Shown: positions 40,530-51,289 of the stretch, piece after piece
Layout: each line of letters begins with the position of its first letter
How positions within the stretch are numbered: position 1 is the stretch's first letter
Source: Anaerohalosphaeraceae bacterium
Lineage (GTDB): Bacteria > Planctomycetota > Phycisphaerae > Sedimentisphaerales > Anaerohalosphaeraceae
Reading direction: 5' to 3'
Assembly (NCBI GenBank): GCA_963675525.2
Contig: CAXXSL010000011.1
Span: 352,001 to 416,000, forward strand
DNA length: 64,000 nt
Notes under the pieces: generated by a model
Databases searched by the model: none
Seen by the model: only the letters and a program-made list of their open reading frames with translations
Told to the model about the DNA's origin: nothing
Made by a program: the position numbers and the translations under genes

Positions 40530-41516
40530 TTATTCACCCATCTGTGTTTTGATGATCCTTAAAAATTCATTTGCCAAAACTGGCGTATCGTACTGCCTGA
40601 TAAACTGTTTCGCTTTTTGGCTCATTTGTTCACGCCGTTCGGGATGCCGAGCCAGATTTTCAATCGCCTCCTGCCATTGCTGCGGGGTGTTCGCCACGAA
40701 TCCGGCACAGCTCTTTTCAATTAATTCGGCATTAACACCGACGGGCGAGGCAATCACCGGCAGTCCGGCGGCAAAATATTGCAGGATTTTAAAGCCGCAT
40801 TTGCCGCGTGTAAAGCGATTATCCGGCAACGGCGCCAACCCGATATCGCATCCCAGCAAATCCGTAGCCTGTGTATCGAGTTCCCACATGTGCTTTTCCA
40901 GTTTCAGGTAATGAAGCGTTGGGAAATCATCGGCGATCACACGCAAACACAGACAGACATCTTCTTTGGAAGCCTGCTCAAGAATCGGGCAGATCTCCTG
41001 CAGATACTTCAGTGTGCTCCGGCTGCCGATCCAGACAAGCCGGATTTTGTGGTCTTGCCTTTTTACGGAATCTGACAGATAGGGTTTTGTATCCAGCCCT
41101 GTTGGCAAAACATGCACATTTGAACAAAACCGGCGGGCATGTTCGGCCAGATAATCATTGCCGGCAATCACACAATCAGCCAGTTGGACGGTTCGTTTGA
41201 ACAATCGAAAGTGGCTCGTTCGGTCGGAATCCGGTTTTTTCGGGCTGTACATGATCGCATCGTCAAAATCGTAAATGATCTTTTGGGCGTGGCGGCGAAG
41301 GGTTTTCGCGTCGAAGAAATTCAGACATTTTTTGTGCAGCAGCACAGCATCATAATTGCGGGCAGATTTAAAAAGCAGCCATCGCCGGAATCTTTCTTTC
41401 GGTAATTGATAAACTTCGGAAAAGACTCCGTTTTCCTGAAAAAACGGTAAAAAATCACCGATTCGCTGCCGATAACTTGGACGAGATAAATTATTACTGA
41501 GAATTAATAGTTTCAC
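40530..41516 (-). CDS. GT4-family glycosyltransferase
   Basis: YDFDDA, WIGS, DIGLAPL, GKCGFKILQYFAAGLPVIASPVG. Confidence 0.85.
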   Translation of the reverse strand: MKLLILSNNLSRPSYRQRIGDFLPFFQENGVFSEVYQLPKERFRRWLLFKSARNYDAVLLHKKCLNFFDAKTLRRHAQKIIYDFDDAIMYSPKKPDSDRTSHFRLFKRTVQLADCVIAGNDYLAEHARRFCSNVHVLPTGLDTKPYLSDSVKRQDHKIRLVWIGSRSTLKYLQEICPILEQASKEDVCLCLRVIADDFPTLHYLKLEKHMWELDTQATDLLGCDIGLAPLPDNRFTRGKCGFKILQYFAAGLPVIASPVGVNAELIEKSCAGFVANTPQQWQEAIENLARHPERREQMSQKAKQFIRQYDTPVLANEFLRIIKTQMGE

Positions 41517-41580
41517 CAGATTTCCTCTGTCAGGCCAGCAGTCTTCTCGCAGAAATAATAACTTTTTCGCTATCAGTAAA

Positions 41581-41679
41581 GAGGCTGTTACACAAACCCG
41601 TCTTTGAAAGATTCAACCGCCGTTTTTTGATTCAAAAACACGGTTTTGTTGTTGCAATTTTGGTATTATGCAACAGATC
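41581..41679. mobile_element. candidate MITE / internally deleted IS remnant
   Basis: Imperfect terminal inverted repeats GAGGCTGTTACACAA ... TTATGCAACAGATC, with TAAA on both sides. Confidence 0.45.
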
Positions 41680-41709
41680 TAAAGCTCAAACCTCGATCTG
41701 ACTTCTATC

Positions 41710-42351
41710 TTACAAACCTAATGCTTTGCGGCTACTTGATGATAAAAGAGGCGGTGTCAGCAATTTTCGAATTCGCCGGAACCCTGTTATATTCCTTTGC
41801 CGGTAATGCTGTTTTTGCCACTCTATGTACCGGGCATGTAAATCGCCTGTCGAAAACGACTGTCCCTTAAAACCGATACCAACCACAGTATGGGGAAACG
41901 CTTCAAACCCGGCAAAAGTCACAAATGACGATGAAAACGGCTTGAGAATGGATTTAAATGCTTCCGGTGTAAAACGCCAATAATCATGCGGATAATCATG
42001 GATACGGAATTGCATCACACTCGATATAACAACAACACCGTCAGGTTTCAGGACTCGATGAATTTCCTGCATCGCCTTGTGCGGATACTCCACATGTTCG
42101 AGCGTATCCAGGCAAAGAAGAGTACCCACTGAGTTATCCGGAAGGTCAATATCGTGCAGATTCAGCAGTTTGTCAACACCCAGTCCTTCACGCATATCTG
42201 CACCGATATATTCTTTCCCTGGGAACAGAGGCCGAAGATCGGCAAATGTCTCCTGTCCGGCGACTCGCAGTGACCCGAACTCATAAATCGGCTCAGCAAT
42301 CGGCAATATCCCTGCACTAATAACCATAAAATCTTTTACAACTTGCCGCAT
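41710..42351 (-). CDS. class I SAM-dependent methyltransferase
   Basis: EFGS, YIGAD, LEHV..P, RVLKPDG, H.YP.DYWRFT. Confidence 0.8.
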   Translation of the reverse strand: MRQVVKDFMVISAGILPIAEPIYEFGSLRVAGQETFADLRPLFPGKEYIGADMREGLGVDKLLNLHDIDLPDNSVGTLLCLDTLEHVEYPHKAMQEIHRVLKPDGVVVISSVMQFRIHDYPHDYWRFTPEAFKSILKPFSSSFVTFAGFEAFPHTVVGIGFKGQSFSTGDLHARYIEWQKQHYRQRNITGFRRIRKLLTPPLLSSSSRKALGL

Positions 42352-42489
42352 AGAAATTCTCCTTTTATTTCCAAAAGATTCAGATAGAATATTGAAATTC
42401 AGTAGGAAAACAAGTAAAATTTATTTGTTATAGGATTTTATGGGTAAAAATCAGAACTTATGATTCAAGCCCGATAGAGTGAGGAAAGA

Positions 42490-43122
42490 ATGGAAACCCT
42501 TGTAAAAATAAATCTTGAGCAATTATTAACTTGCAATCAGCCGGTCATTATTGACATCGGTTGCGGTGAAAAGAAAAAAAGCGGTCGGATTGGGATTGAC
42601 CGGGTTGACCGACCGGGAATTGATATTGTGGCAGATGTCGAACGGGGACTGCCTTTTTTTCCAGACCATTCCGTTGACGAGATACACTGCAGAAGTGTCC
42701 TAGAGCACATTAAAAACTTTGACTTTTTGCTAAGTGAAATGATGCGGGTTTTGAAGAAAAGCGGTCGGTTATACATCTTTGTCCCGCATTTCTCAAACCC
42801 CTATTATTACTCTGATCCAACTCACTTACGATTCTTCGGCCTTTATACATTCTATTATTACACTGACACAGAACACCAGTTAAGCCGGAAAGTCCCCAAT
42901 TTTTATTCCGACCTGCGAATACAGATTTTTTTTAAACGTCTGATATTTCGATCAAAATTCGGCCTGTTCGGTTTTCTGCGAAAGGCTTTTGGCAGACTAA
43001 TTAATACCTGTACGCGTTTTCAGGAATACTACGAGGAAAATCTCGTTTATAAAATCCCCGCTCATGGAATCGAGTTTGTCATCGGACATCCTTCTCCTTC
43101 AAAAGGAGAAGTTCGTTCATAA
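42490..43122 (+). CDS. class I SAM-dependent methyltransferase (type 11)
   Basis: IDIGCG, GID, LEHI, RVLK..G, VPHF, DPTH. Confidence 0.8.
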   Translation: METLVKINLEQLLTCNQPVIIDIGCGEKKKSGRIGIDRVDRPGIDIVADVERGLPFFPDHSVDEIHCRSVLEHIKNFDFLLSEMMRVLKKSGRLYIFVPHFSNPYYYSDPTHLRFFGLYTFYYYTDTEHQLSRKVPNFYSDLRIQIFFKRLIFRSKFGLFGFLRKAFGRLINTCTRFQEYYEENLVYKIPAHGIEFVIGHPSPSKGEVRS

Positions 43123-43728
43123 ACACTTTTCAGCTTCGAGGAGGAATTTTTCGATTTCCTGATTCAAAAGCAATGGAAGGTATTTTTCAATTTTGTCATC
43201 TTCCCAATCCCACCACGCAACATTGAGCAATCGCCTGATAGTCTCATCATCAAACCGCTTCTTAATAAGCCGTGCCGGATTTCCCGCCGCAATACCGTAT
43301 GGGGGAACATCCTTTGTAACAACCGCTCCGGCCCCGATAACCGCCCCGTCACCAATTGTAACACCGGATAAAATAATCACCCGGTAACCGATCCAGACGT
43401 CATTGCCGATGACAACATCTCCTTTCGTAGCAGGATGTCCTGTAAAATCGGCAGCAGACTCCCACAAGTAACTAAATGGATACATTGTAGCCCAGTCAAC
43501 CCTGTGCTCCCCTCCTAAAAAGATTTGAACATCTGCACCAAAAGAACAAAAAGCCCCAACTTTTAACGTCGTTCCCTCATTCCATTCTATCACCTTGGGC
43601 TTACCATATGACCATTTACCGATATCATATTGAGGAAATCGATCCTTTAAAAACCTGCTTTCTTTTTTTCTTCTGAAAAACCTCACGGTTGTTCCTTTCA
43701 CAGAAACAATTCGAAAATATATTTTCAT
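43117..43728 (-). CDS. CatB/Vat-related hexapeptide-repeat O-acetyltransferase
   Basis: [45 protein letters not shown]. Confidence 0.85.
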   Translation of the reverse strand: MKIYFRIVSVKGTTVRFFRRKKESRFLKDRFPQYDIGKWSYGKPKVIEWNEGTTLKVGAFCSFGADVQIFLGGEHRVDWATMYPFSYLWESAADFTGHPATKGDVVIGNDVWIGYRVIILSGVTIGDGAVIGAGAVVTKDVPPYGIAAGNPARLIKKRFDDETIRRLLNVAWWDWEDDKIEKYLPLLLNQEIEKFLLEAEKCL

Positions 43729-44772
43729 TTAAAGCACATAATTCCAAGGTGTCGAACAATATCCTTTCTCAATCAGTTCGATAAAGTACTGTGCCATTGT
43801 TGTGCAATTATATTGGCGATGCGCATGATCCATACCCGCATTTGCAATTTTTTGTCTCTCGTCCTCATGATTTAAATGCCAATCAGCCCGTTCGAAAAAC
43901 TCCTCTTCTGTATCAAAATAACAAAGATGCTTTTTGTCTTCGAATAACAATTCCGTATCCGGAACTCGTTTTGACAAAACAAATGCCCCGCAGGAAAGCG
44001 AATTAATTTGCCGGTCTGAATGGTAAAGCGGCACATCATTACAGATATTGATACTCAGTGCGATTTTGGCTCCGCTCAAAGCATGAAAATAATCCATCCC
44101 TTCTACGCGGGGAACCCCGAAGGAGCCATAAACCCGCCCTTTCGGCATTTTCGATATACGCTCAATTAAATCATACCGGTCACCTGTTTCACCAAGCCGC
44201 TGATGCGTTGCTTTACCGGTAAAAATCACATTCGCCTCCCATTTCTCATCAACATCATATCGAAACTGAATATCCGGATCACAGATATTGGGAAAAAACG
44301 CACATTTAGGAACACCCGCATTCTTGTATGCCTGAAGAAATCGTCCTCCGCTGGTAGTAATCACCATATCACATTCTTTAGCAATTGCCAGCCTCTCGAT
44401 ATTTTTCTCCGGAAATGGGTCTTCATCTCGTCCAACAATCAACACGTCAGGAAGTGCCTGGCGAATCACCTGAATCGTTACCGGCTCAAGATATTTCATG
44501 CCGAATACAAATATAATATCCGGGCGATACGCTTTAATCTGATTGAGTAACAACTCATCTGTATAGCGCTTGACAAATTTAGGCATAAAGCGACGAAAAT
44601 GCCTGCCAGAAAAAGGATTGAACTGTGTCAGAATATTGCGGTAAGCAAATCGCTGGACATCATGTCCGGAACGAAGAAAACCCTTAAGCCACATTCGCGA
44701 TTGCAGGCGTATCGACCGCTCTGACTCATCCTTGAAATCCGCAATCATGAAAATTCGTTTTGTCCTGTTCAT
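43729..44772 (-). CDS. CgeB-like glycosyltransferase
   Basis: DEDP, FTG, AKIALSIN, SDR....SCGAFVL, IANAG. Confidence 0.7.
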   Translation of the reverse strand: MNRTKRIFMIADFKDESERSIRLQSRMWLKGFLRSGHDVQRFAYRNILTQFNPFSGRHFRRFMPKFVKRYTDELLLNQIKAYRPDIIFVFGMKYLEPVTIQVIRQALPDVLIVGRDEDPFPEKNIERLAIAKECDMVITTSGGRFLQAYKNAGVPKCAFFPNICDPDIQFRYDVDEKWEANVIFTGKATHQRLGETGDRYDLIERISKMPKGRVYGSFGVPRVEGMDYFHALSGAKIALSINICNDVPLYHSDRQINSLSCGAFVLSKRVPDTELLFEDKKHLCYFDTEEEFFERADWHLNHEDERQKIANAGMDHAHRQYNCTTMAQYFIELIEKGYCSTPWNYVL

Positions 44773-44864
44773 TTCGTCTTTGCCTCAATAAATATAACGC
44801 TTAAAAGTATCCCCGCGGCAGGGCCGTCAATTACTCCGAATCGAACATATATCTGCATAACATA

Positions 44865-45806
44865 TTAATCTTGCCGGGGTGAGATCAGTCGAAAATAGTT
44901 GCGGTCCACATGGGGTGTCTGTGACGGATTCTTTTGAATGAAATCAATATCCAGCCGCATCCCTTCTTTATACTTTTCATTCAACCGTTCAACCGTCAGG
45001 TTTTCATCATCATCCCATGCGTTGTACGTAGTGGTATTGACGCAGTTGACCTGAATGGCACTGGCACAAATTTTTTGAAATGCCAATAAATATCCAAATC
45101 CATCGGAGTTATTCTGTACATGTCGACAACACCAGGATTCAAAGGTATTCGGATTATAGAAATAACCCAACTTCTTCAATAGCTTCCGCCGGGGATAGAC
45201 ACAACCAATAAGCTTCGTCAAAAACGAACACGGCGCAAATCGCGTATGCATAAAATCGCCGCCCTTCATTGTCCCGGCTATAATTCGCTTGATATCTTCG
45301 GTACGATAGATCGTCGCGCAAAGCTCAAACGGATACTGTGTATTTTCCGTCTTGCCTTTTGTCCAGTTGGCCCCATAAACCTGTTGGTTATCGACCTTAT
45401 ATTCTTTCAAATTACCCGCCTCAATATCTTCCGGCATCTGCCGTTTATCCAGCCGGAGCGAAAACCCCAGCAAATCCGACCCAAGCATTTCAAATGCTTT
45501 CTCAATCACTTCTAAACCCACACTGTCAAAATAGACCACATCGTCGATACCAAACAGCAGATAGTCCGTGCAGGTATTGTGAATTGCCGCCAGTAAATCC
45601 GAATGAAAATCCGTTTCACGGATAATCTCACAGCCGGGAAACTGCGAGAAACAGTATTCGTATTCGGCATCAAACAACTCCGGCTTATACAGAATCACCG
45701 TCCGGAGCAACTCCGGCGAAAAACACCGACGTAATCCTTCCAAATATCCATGCAACTGCATCGGCCTGTTTTTCGTAAATACGATGTTTGTAATCTTTTT
45801 CTGCAT
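44865..45806 (-). CDS. hypothetical glycosyltransferase-like protein
   Basis: FTKNRPMQL, FGIDD, FSLRL, YP, NPNTFE; lies in the glycan cluster. Confidence 0.6.
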   Translation of the reverse strand: MQKKITNIVFTKNRPMQLHGYLEGLRRCFSPELLRTVILYKPELFDAEYEYCFSQFPGCEIIRETDFHSDLLAAIHNTCTDYLLFGIDDVVYFDSVGLEVIEKAFEMLGSDLLGFSLRLDKRQMPEDIEAGNLKEYKVDNQQVYGANWTKGKTENTQYPFELCATIYRTEDIKRIIAGTMKGGDFMHTRFAPCSFLTKLIGCVYPRRKLLKKLGYFYNPNTFESWCCRHVQNNSDGFGYLLAFQKICASAIQVNCVNTTTYNAWDDDENLTVERLNEKYKEGMRLDIDFIQKNPSQTPHVDRNYFRLISPRQD

Positions 45807-45808
45807 GC

Positions 45809-46624
45809 CTATCTGTCCAGTGAATTATCCGCCATGATCTGCCGGAATTGTTCGGAATTCATAATTTTATCCAACAGGCGACGGGTTTTACGTAACGTTC
45901 GGTTTCGTAGATTATATTCATCTGCGTTGATGACCTGCGTCGCATGGGCCAGATGCCACAGATACCGCTTCATCACCCGGTCCGGCAATTCTACAGTGGG
46001 ATATCCCCTGTCGGCAAGCTCAAAATACAGCTTTTTACCAACGGTCAAGCCTTTATCACGGTCCATCAAAAACGATAGGCTTTCCTTTTTCAAAATCTCC
46101 GTGCGGTAAATACTGCACACCGTTCGGTTATAATACCGGTACATCCCAATGGGGTCGGGCGTACGCGACAGCTTGCGTTTAAAAGTCTTAAAATCCGTCA
46201 ATTTCTTAAGCCACACGCTCCACATCGGAGTCAATTCACATTTGCCCCCACCGACACAGGCTAATTTGGGATTGTCCTTAGAATGCCGCATCAACTCACC
46301 GAGCCAGCCTTGTTTATGAACAAATGTGTCGGAGTGCATCGCCATAAAATACTCCGTATCGCAAAGCCCCAGCCCTATATCCAACGCCGCAGCATGGGCA
46401 TATCCTCCGGATGAATCTGTGGTCTTGTCTCTTCGCTCGACAAGCTGTATCCAGTCAAGGGTTTTAAGATACTCGGTTGATTCATCTTGCGAGTCATTAT
46501 CGATAACCAGAACTCTGTAAGGGTAATCGGTGTATTTGCGAATACTACGCAGACAAAGACGTGTCAAATCCAGCGTCTTATAATTCACCACACAGATTGT
46601 TACCGTGCCCTTTTCCATGGACAA
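45809..46624 (-). CDS. GT2-family glycosyltransferase
   Basis: VVNYKT, CL.SI, VIDNDSQD, HSD. Confidence 0.8.
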   Translation of the reverse strand: MSMEKGTVTICVVNYKTLDLTRLCLRSIRKYTDYPYRVLVIDNDSQDESTEYLKTLDWIQLVERRDKTTDSSGGYAHAAALDIGLGLCDTEYFMAMHSDTFVHKQGWLGELMRHSKDNPKLACVGGGKCELTPMWSVWLKKLTDFKTFKRKLSRTPDPIGMYRYYNRTVCSIYRTEILKKESLSFLMDRDKGLTVGKKLYFELADRGYPTVELPDRVMKRYLWHLAHATQVINADEYNLRNRTLRKTRRLLDKIMNSEQFRQIMADNSLDR

Positions 46625-46638
46625 ACAAAGCTCCCTGG

Positions 46639-48777
46639 CTACTGATTCGCACCCATCAGTTGGGTTTCATAGAGACGTTGATAGACATTGCTCGAAGTCA
46701 TCAGCTCTTCATGTTTGCCCTGGGCAACGATTCGACCTTCATCAATCACGACAATACGATCGGCAGAAATAACCGTGCTGAACCGATGTGCAATCAGGAA
46801 ACACGTGCGGCCTTTCATGATATCCCCGAGAGCCACATGAATCTTAGACTCGCTTTCGGCGTCGATTTGACTCATGGCCTCATCGAAAATTAAAATCTTC
46901 GGATTCTTCAGGATTGCCCGTGCAATAATGATACGCTGGAGTTGGCCGCCGCTGAAACCAGAGCTGTTTTCACCAATCACCGTTTCATACCCTTCGGGCA
47001 ACGGTTCGATGAACTCATGAGCGTAGGCTTTTTGAGCCGCATGGATAATCTCTTCCATAGAGGCGTCGGGTTTGCCATAAGCGATATTGTGGGCAATCGT
47101 ATCATGAAATGTTACTGTGTTCTGTGTTACCATGCTGATCTGTGCACGCAAACTATTTAAGGTCGCTCGGTGAATATCCTGACCATCGATTAGAATCTGT
47201 CCGCTGTCGGGGTCATAAAATCGCGGAAGAAGATTGATGAGGGTTGATTTGCCGGAACCATTCGGACCGACGACAGCGACCGTCTGGCCGGCAGGAACAG
47301 TCAAATCAATGCCCCTCAAAGCAGGCTGCGCTGCATCGGGATAGGTAAAGATAATATCTTTAAATTCAATTTTTTCCTTCAAAAGCTCTAATTCAAATGC
47401 ATCCGGTTCTTCGGGCTCACGCGGTTCGTCCACCACGGCAAAAACACGCTCAGCGGCGGCATTGGCCTGTTGGACATGGTTCCAGACATCACTGACCTTG
47501 CGAACGGATTCTGCCGCCACACCCAACAAAGCGATCAGCACAAAAAATTCAGGTGCGTCGATACCGGAATATTTATCACTGACCCACGCCGCCCCAACAA
47601 GAATCGCCCCGGCCATAGCTAACATCCCCATTACATCCAAAAGTGGGTTGGTACTGGCCTCGATTTTCGCGATTTTGAGATTCTGTCTGAGTAATGCCCT
47701 GTTGACCTGCTGATAATGTTCGATCTCATGCTCCTGCCGATTGTATACTTTTACAACGCGCAGGGCATTCATCGCCCCCTGAATTCGTCCCAGTATTTGC
47801 GCTGTTACCATCAGCGACTTTTTCGTTGCTCTTTTTATCTTTTTCCCCAAGATGGCAAATAACCCAATCACAAACGGGGCCGAAAGTAGAAAGATAAGTG
47901 TTAACTGCCAACTCATATAAAACGCAACAGAAAGAGCCATAATCGCATTGAACGGTTCTCGAATGGTTTTACCCAGAAGGATCTTGATGCCCTTGCAACT
48001 CATGGACACATCACCCAATATCCGGCTGGTTGTATCACTTGTTCCACGAGCGGCAAAAAAACCAACCGACATATACATCACATGACGGAACACATCCTCC
48101 CGAATACGGGTAACGGTAATTTGTACGATCTTTTCGGCCAGGAAAGATTGATAGAAACGAGCCATACAGCGAAAAATTGTGATTATTGTTAACATAATCA
48201 CAATGATGGAAACCGCACGCAACTTCATTTCATCAGTTTCTCTACCACGCGGCATAAAACTTACCGGCCATTGTGCCCAGTCAATATAAAACGGCTTAGG
48301 CGGAGCATTGGCACTGATTGGTGTCAATTGTCCATCGGCTCGCTGCACGGTAATTTCTATGGGTTGCTCACCGGCCTGTGTCGCCAGCAACTCCAGCATC
48401 TTCACCGATGAAACCGCTGATTCTGAAACATCAGGAATGGTTATACCAACGATCTTATCATCTACCTGCAGGCCGTTATCATACGCCCATCCTTTATCGC
48501 CCACATGCACTAACGATAGCTGTCGGCTCATGGCTTCTGAAGAGCTAACGCGAAAGTCCATGCCGTATCGATAATCGCATATTTTGCGATCCACATAACC
48601 GTGCAGACCTTCCTGACCCATCATCACTTTCAACACGGGAATCAGTGTGACCATGCTGACCGACAGCATGGTGGCCATCAGCATCGACCAGAACACCACA
48701 GCGATAATTCGCGGCCATTGACACCATACATAAGCCCATACACGTTTAAACGCGGTTAAATCCGTTGTTTTTGTCAT
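46639..48777 (-). CDS. MsbA-like ABC exporter (TMD-NBD fusion) with a PDZ-like insertion
   Basis: GPNGSGKST, RFYDP, FSGGQLQR, FDEA, IAHR; about 130-aa loop after TM1 containing VHV..KGWA...GLQVDDKIVGI. Confidence 0.88.
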   Translation of the reverse strand: MTKTTDLTAFKRVWAYVWCQWPRIIAVVFWSMLMATMLSVSMVTLIPVLKVMMGQEGLHGYVDRKICDYRYGMDFRVSSSEAMSRQLSLVHVGDKGWAYDNGLQVDDKIVGITIPDVSESAVSSVKMLELLATQAGEQPIEITVQRADGQLTPISANAPPKPFYIDWAQWPVSFMPRGRETDEMKLRAVSIIVIMLTIITIFRCMARFYQSFLAEKIVQITVTRIREDVFRHVMYMSVGFFAARGTSDTTSRILGDVSMSCKGIKILLGKTIREPFNAIMALSVAFYMSWQLTLIFLLSAPFVIGLFAILGKKIKRATKKSLMVTAQILGRIQGAMNALRVVKVYNRQEHEIEHYQQVNRALLRQNLKIAKIEASTNPLLDVMGMLAMAGAILVGAAWVSDKYSGIDAPEFFVLIALLGVAAESVRKVSDVWNHVQQANAAAERVFAVVDEPREPEEPDAFELELLKEKIEFKDIIFTYPDAAQPALRGIDLTVPAGQTVAVVGPNGSGKSTLINLLPRFYDPDSGQILIDGQDIHRATLNSLRAQISMVTQNTVTFHDTIAHNIAYGKPDASMEEIIHAAQKAYAHEFIEPLPEGYETVIGENSSGFSGGQLQRIIIARAILKNPKILIFDEAMSQIDAESESKIHVALGDIMKGRTCFLIAHRFSTVISADRIVVIDEGRIVAQGKHEELMTSSNVYQRLYETQLMGANQ

Positions 48778-48811
48778 AAATCCTTTATCTCCGGCTTGTT
48801 AAAAGGGTCAA

Positions 48812-48840
48812 AGCCTAACCGATAACACCAGTCAGGTCAA
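48812..48840 (-). promoter_or_regulatory. sigma70-type promoter upstream of the ABC exporter
   Basis: TTGACC-17-TAGGCT. Confidence 0.4.
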
Positions 48841-48866
48841 GGGCTATTTCGCCCCCGCATACCAGA

Positions 48867-49880
48867 CTACCGACCGGAGTACATCGCTTCATAATATTGT
48901 TGATATTGACCCGAAACAACATGATTTAGCCAATCGGTGTTTTCCAGGTACCAGTCAATCGTTTTGAGGATACCCTCTTCAAACGTCACCGTCGGTTTCC
49001 AGTCGAGTTCGTTCATGATTTTCGATGAATCGATCGCGTATCGGCGGTCATGGCCGGGGCGGTCCTTGACATAATTAATGAGTGATTCCGGTTTGCCCAG
49101 ACGCTCCAGGATCAGCCGAACCACTTCGAGATTGGTCTTTTCGTTGTTACCGCCGATATTATAAACCGTCCCGGGCTTAGTTTCAGTCAGAACCTTCCAG
49201 ATCGCCGTGCAATGGTCATACACATACAGCCAATCGCGAACATACAAACCGTCGCCATACATCGGCAGTGACTTGTCATTCAGTGCATTATTTATCATCA
49301 ACGGGATCATCTTTTCCGGGAACTGGTATTGGCCGTAATTATTGGAACATCGTGTGATGTTGTATGGTAGTCCCCAACTATGACCAAATGCCGCAACCAG
49401 CATATCGGCAGAAGCTTTGCTGGCAGAATACGGTGAATTGGGACCCAGTGGTGTACTCTCCGTAAAAAAGCCTTCCTCACCCAGCGAACCATAAACTTCA
49501 TCCGTAGAGACCTGTAAAAAACGTTGCAGCTTTTTATCCAATGCGATCTTCAGCAGTGTCAGTGTTCCTTTGACATTGGTTTCAATAAAGATGCCCGGTT
49601 CGACCAGAGACCTGTCTACATGGCTTTCGGCCGCAAAGTTGACAATCGCCTCAATTTTGTGTTCATCGATGAGTCCGGCAACCAAGTCCGCATCACAAAT
49701 ATCCCCCCTCACAAAAACATGGTTAGGATTATCCGTATAGCCTTTCAGGTTTTCAAGATTGCCGGCATACGTCAATACATCCAGATTTAACACAAGCGTA
49801 TCGGGGTGTTCTTCCAGTACCATACGCACGAAGTTAGCGCCGATAAAACCCGCTCCGCCGGTGACAAGTATCCGTTTCAT
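48867..49880 (-). CDS. rfbB: dTDP-glucose 4,6-dehydratase
   Basis: TGGAGFIG, FAAESHVDRS, STDEVYG, YSASK, SNNYG, RPGHDRRY. Confidence 0.95.
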   Translation of the reverse strand: MKRILVTGGAGFIGANFVRMVLEEHPDTLVLNLDVLTYAGNLENLKGYTDNPNHVFVRGDICDADLVAGLIDEHKIEAIVNFAAESHVDRSLVEPGIFIETNVKGTLTLLKIALDKKLQRFLQVSTDEVYGSLGEEGFFTESTPLGPNSPYSASKASADMLVAAFGHSWGLPYNITRCSNNYGQYQFPEKMIPLMINNALNDKSLPMYGDGLYVRDWLYVYDHCTAIWKVLTETKPGTVYNIGGNNEKTNLEVVRLILERLGKPESLINYVKDRPGHDRRYAIDSSKIMNELDWKPTVTFEEGILKTIDWYLENTDWLNHVVSGQYQQYYEAMYSGR

Positions 49881-50725
49881 AATGTCTCCAAATATGATTT
49901 CAACATGTCCTGCCAGCTTGGGATTTTTCGCCCAAGCAGACGTTCTATTTTTTTACAACAAAATCGGCTGTTCAGCGGTCGCTTGGCAGCCGTTTTAAAG
50001 TCAGATGTTTTACAAATATTGACCGGTGTTTTGATCCCCAGTGTGTCAAACAAAAAACGGGTCATTTCATAGCGGCTGACATAGCCGGTGGCCGCAAAGT
50101 GAAAAAGCCCCTTTGGAAATGTTTCTTTTTCCAGACAGTCACAAATGGCCTTGGCCACTTCCAACGTATGTGTCGGCGACCCAATCTGGTCATCGACAAC
50201 TTGAAGTGAGTCTCTTGTTTTGGCGGCGTTGAGAATCTTCGTGATAAAATTAACACCGTTCTCACCGTATGTCCACTGGACACGCATAATGCAAGATTCG
50301 CAACCGGATTCGACAAGTAATCGTTCACCCAAAAGCTTAGACTGGCCATAGGCACTGAGAGGGTTGGTTGCATCCGTCTCGATATAAGGCTCCTGCTTGG
50401 CACCATCAAACACAAAATCCGTACCGATATGCAACACGGGAATCTTTGCCGCATTGGCAATCCGGCCTAATTGCCCGACCGCATGCCCATTTATCATCTC
50501 AGCTAAATCCGGCTCACTTTCAGCTTTTTCTACATTTGTATAAGCCGCACAATTGACAATCACATCGCTATGAGCCGCTATTACTTCAACCTGTTGTTTA
50601 TCTGTGATGTCAAACTCCGGCAAATCATATACTTCCGTTGTATAACCGCGAGATTCAGCAACCTGTGACAAATTGCTGCCAAGCATTCCCTTACCGCCCA
50701 AAATAGCCACCGTGCCAAACGCCAT
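49877..50725 (-). CDS. rfbD: dTDP-4-dehydrorhamnose reductase
   Basis: GGKGMLG, NCAAYT.V, TDFVFDG, YGQSK, DQIGSPT, RP.NS. Confidence 0.93.
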   Translation of the reverse strand: MAFGTVAILGGKGMLGSNLSQVAESRGYTTEVYDLPEFDITDKQQVEVIAAHSDVIVNCAAYTNVEKAESEPDLAEMINGHAVGQLGRIANAAKIPVLHIGTDFVFDGAKQEPYIETDATNPLSAYGQSKLLGERLLVESGCESCIMRVQWTYGENGVNFITKILNAAKTRDSLQVVDDQIGSPTHTLEVAKAICDCLEKETFPKGLFHFAATGYVSRYEMTRFLFDTLGIKTPVNICKTSDFKTAAKRPLNSRFCCKKIERLLGRKIPSWQDMLKSYLETL

Positions 50726-51289
50726 CTATTGCGCCCCTTCATAAACAGGGAGCTTATCCTTGGGAATATCTTTCAAACGGGGATTTGTCAAGTCCTTTGA
50801 CGACAGAATCGGCTCCTGAATCAGCCAGTCGATACCCACATCCGGGTCATTCCAAAGTACGCCGCCTTCCGTTTGAGGATTGTAGAAATCCGTACACTTA
50901 TATGAAAACAGTGCCATCTCACTAAGCACACAAAAACCATGTGCAAAACCAACCGGCACATAAAATTGACGATGGTTTTCACCCGAGAGCAGGCATGTAA
51001 CAGCTTTGCCGAATGTCGGACTCCCCAGGCGGATATCCACCGCCACGTCCAGCACCTCGCCTTTTAGCACCTGCACGAGTTTCCCCTGTCCTTGCGGATG
51101 TTGATAATGCAGGCCGCGTAACACACCTTTACTGGAAGAAGAAACATTATCCTGGACAAACATCGCATTAATTCCCGCTTCTACATACCGATCCCGACTC
51201 CATGTTTCCATAAAGAAGCCGCGTACATCCCCAAAAACTTTCGGCTCAAGAATCAAAACGCCCTCAACATCCGTCTGTATCACATTCAT
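50726..51289 (-). CDS. rfbC: dTDP-4-dehydrorhamnose 3,5-epimerase
   Basis: D.RGFF.E, QDN, RGLHYQ, QGKLV, GFAHGF, YKC. Confidence 0.95.
   Translation of the reverse strand: MNVIQTDVEGVLILEPKVFGDVRGFFMETWSRDRYVEAGINAMFVQDNVSSSSKGVLRGLHYQHPQGQGKLVQVLKGEVLDVAVDIRLGSPTFGKAVTCLLSGENHRQFYVPVGFAHGFCVLSEMALFSYKCTDFYNPQTEGGVLWNDPDVGIDWLIQEPILSSKDLTNPRLKDIPKDKLPVYEGAQ

Noticed and set aside
43117..43728. Chloramphenicol/streptogramin resistance gene
   Set aside because: The fold is shared with sugar O-acetyltransferases and the gene is embedded in a glycan operon.
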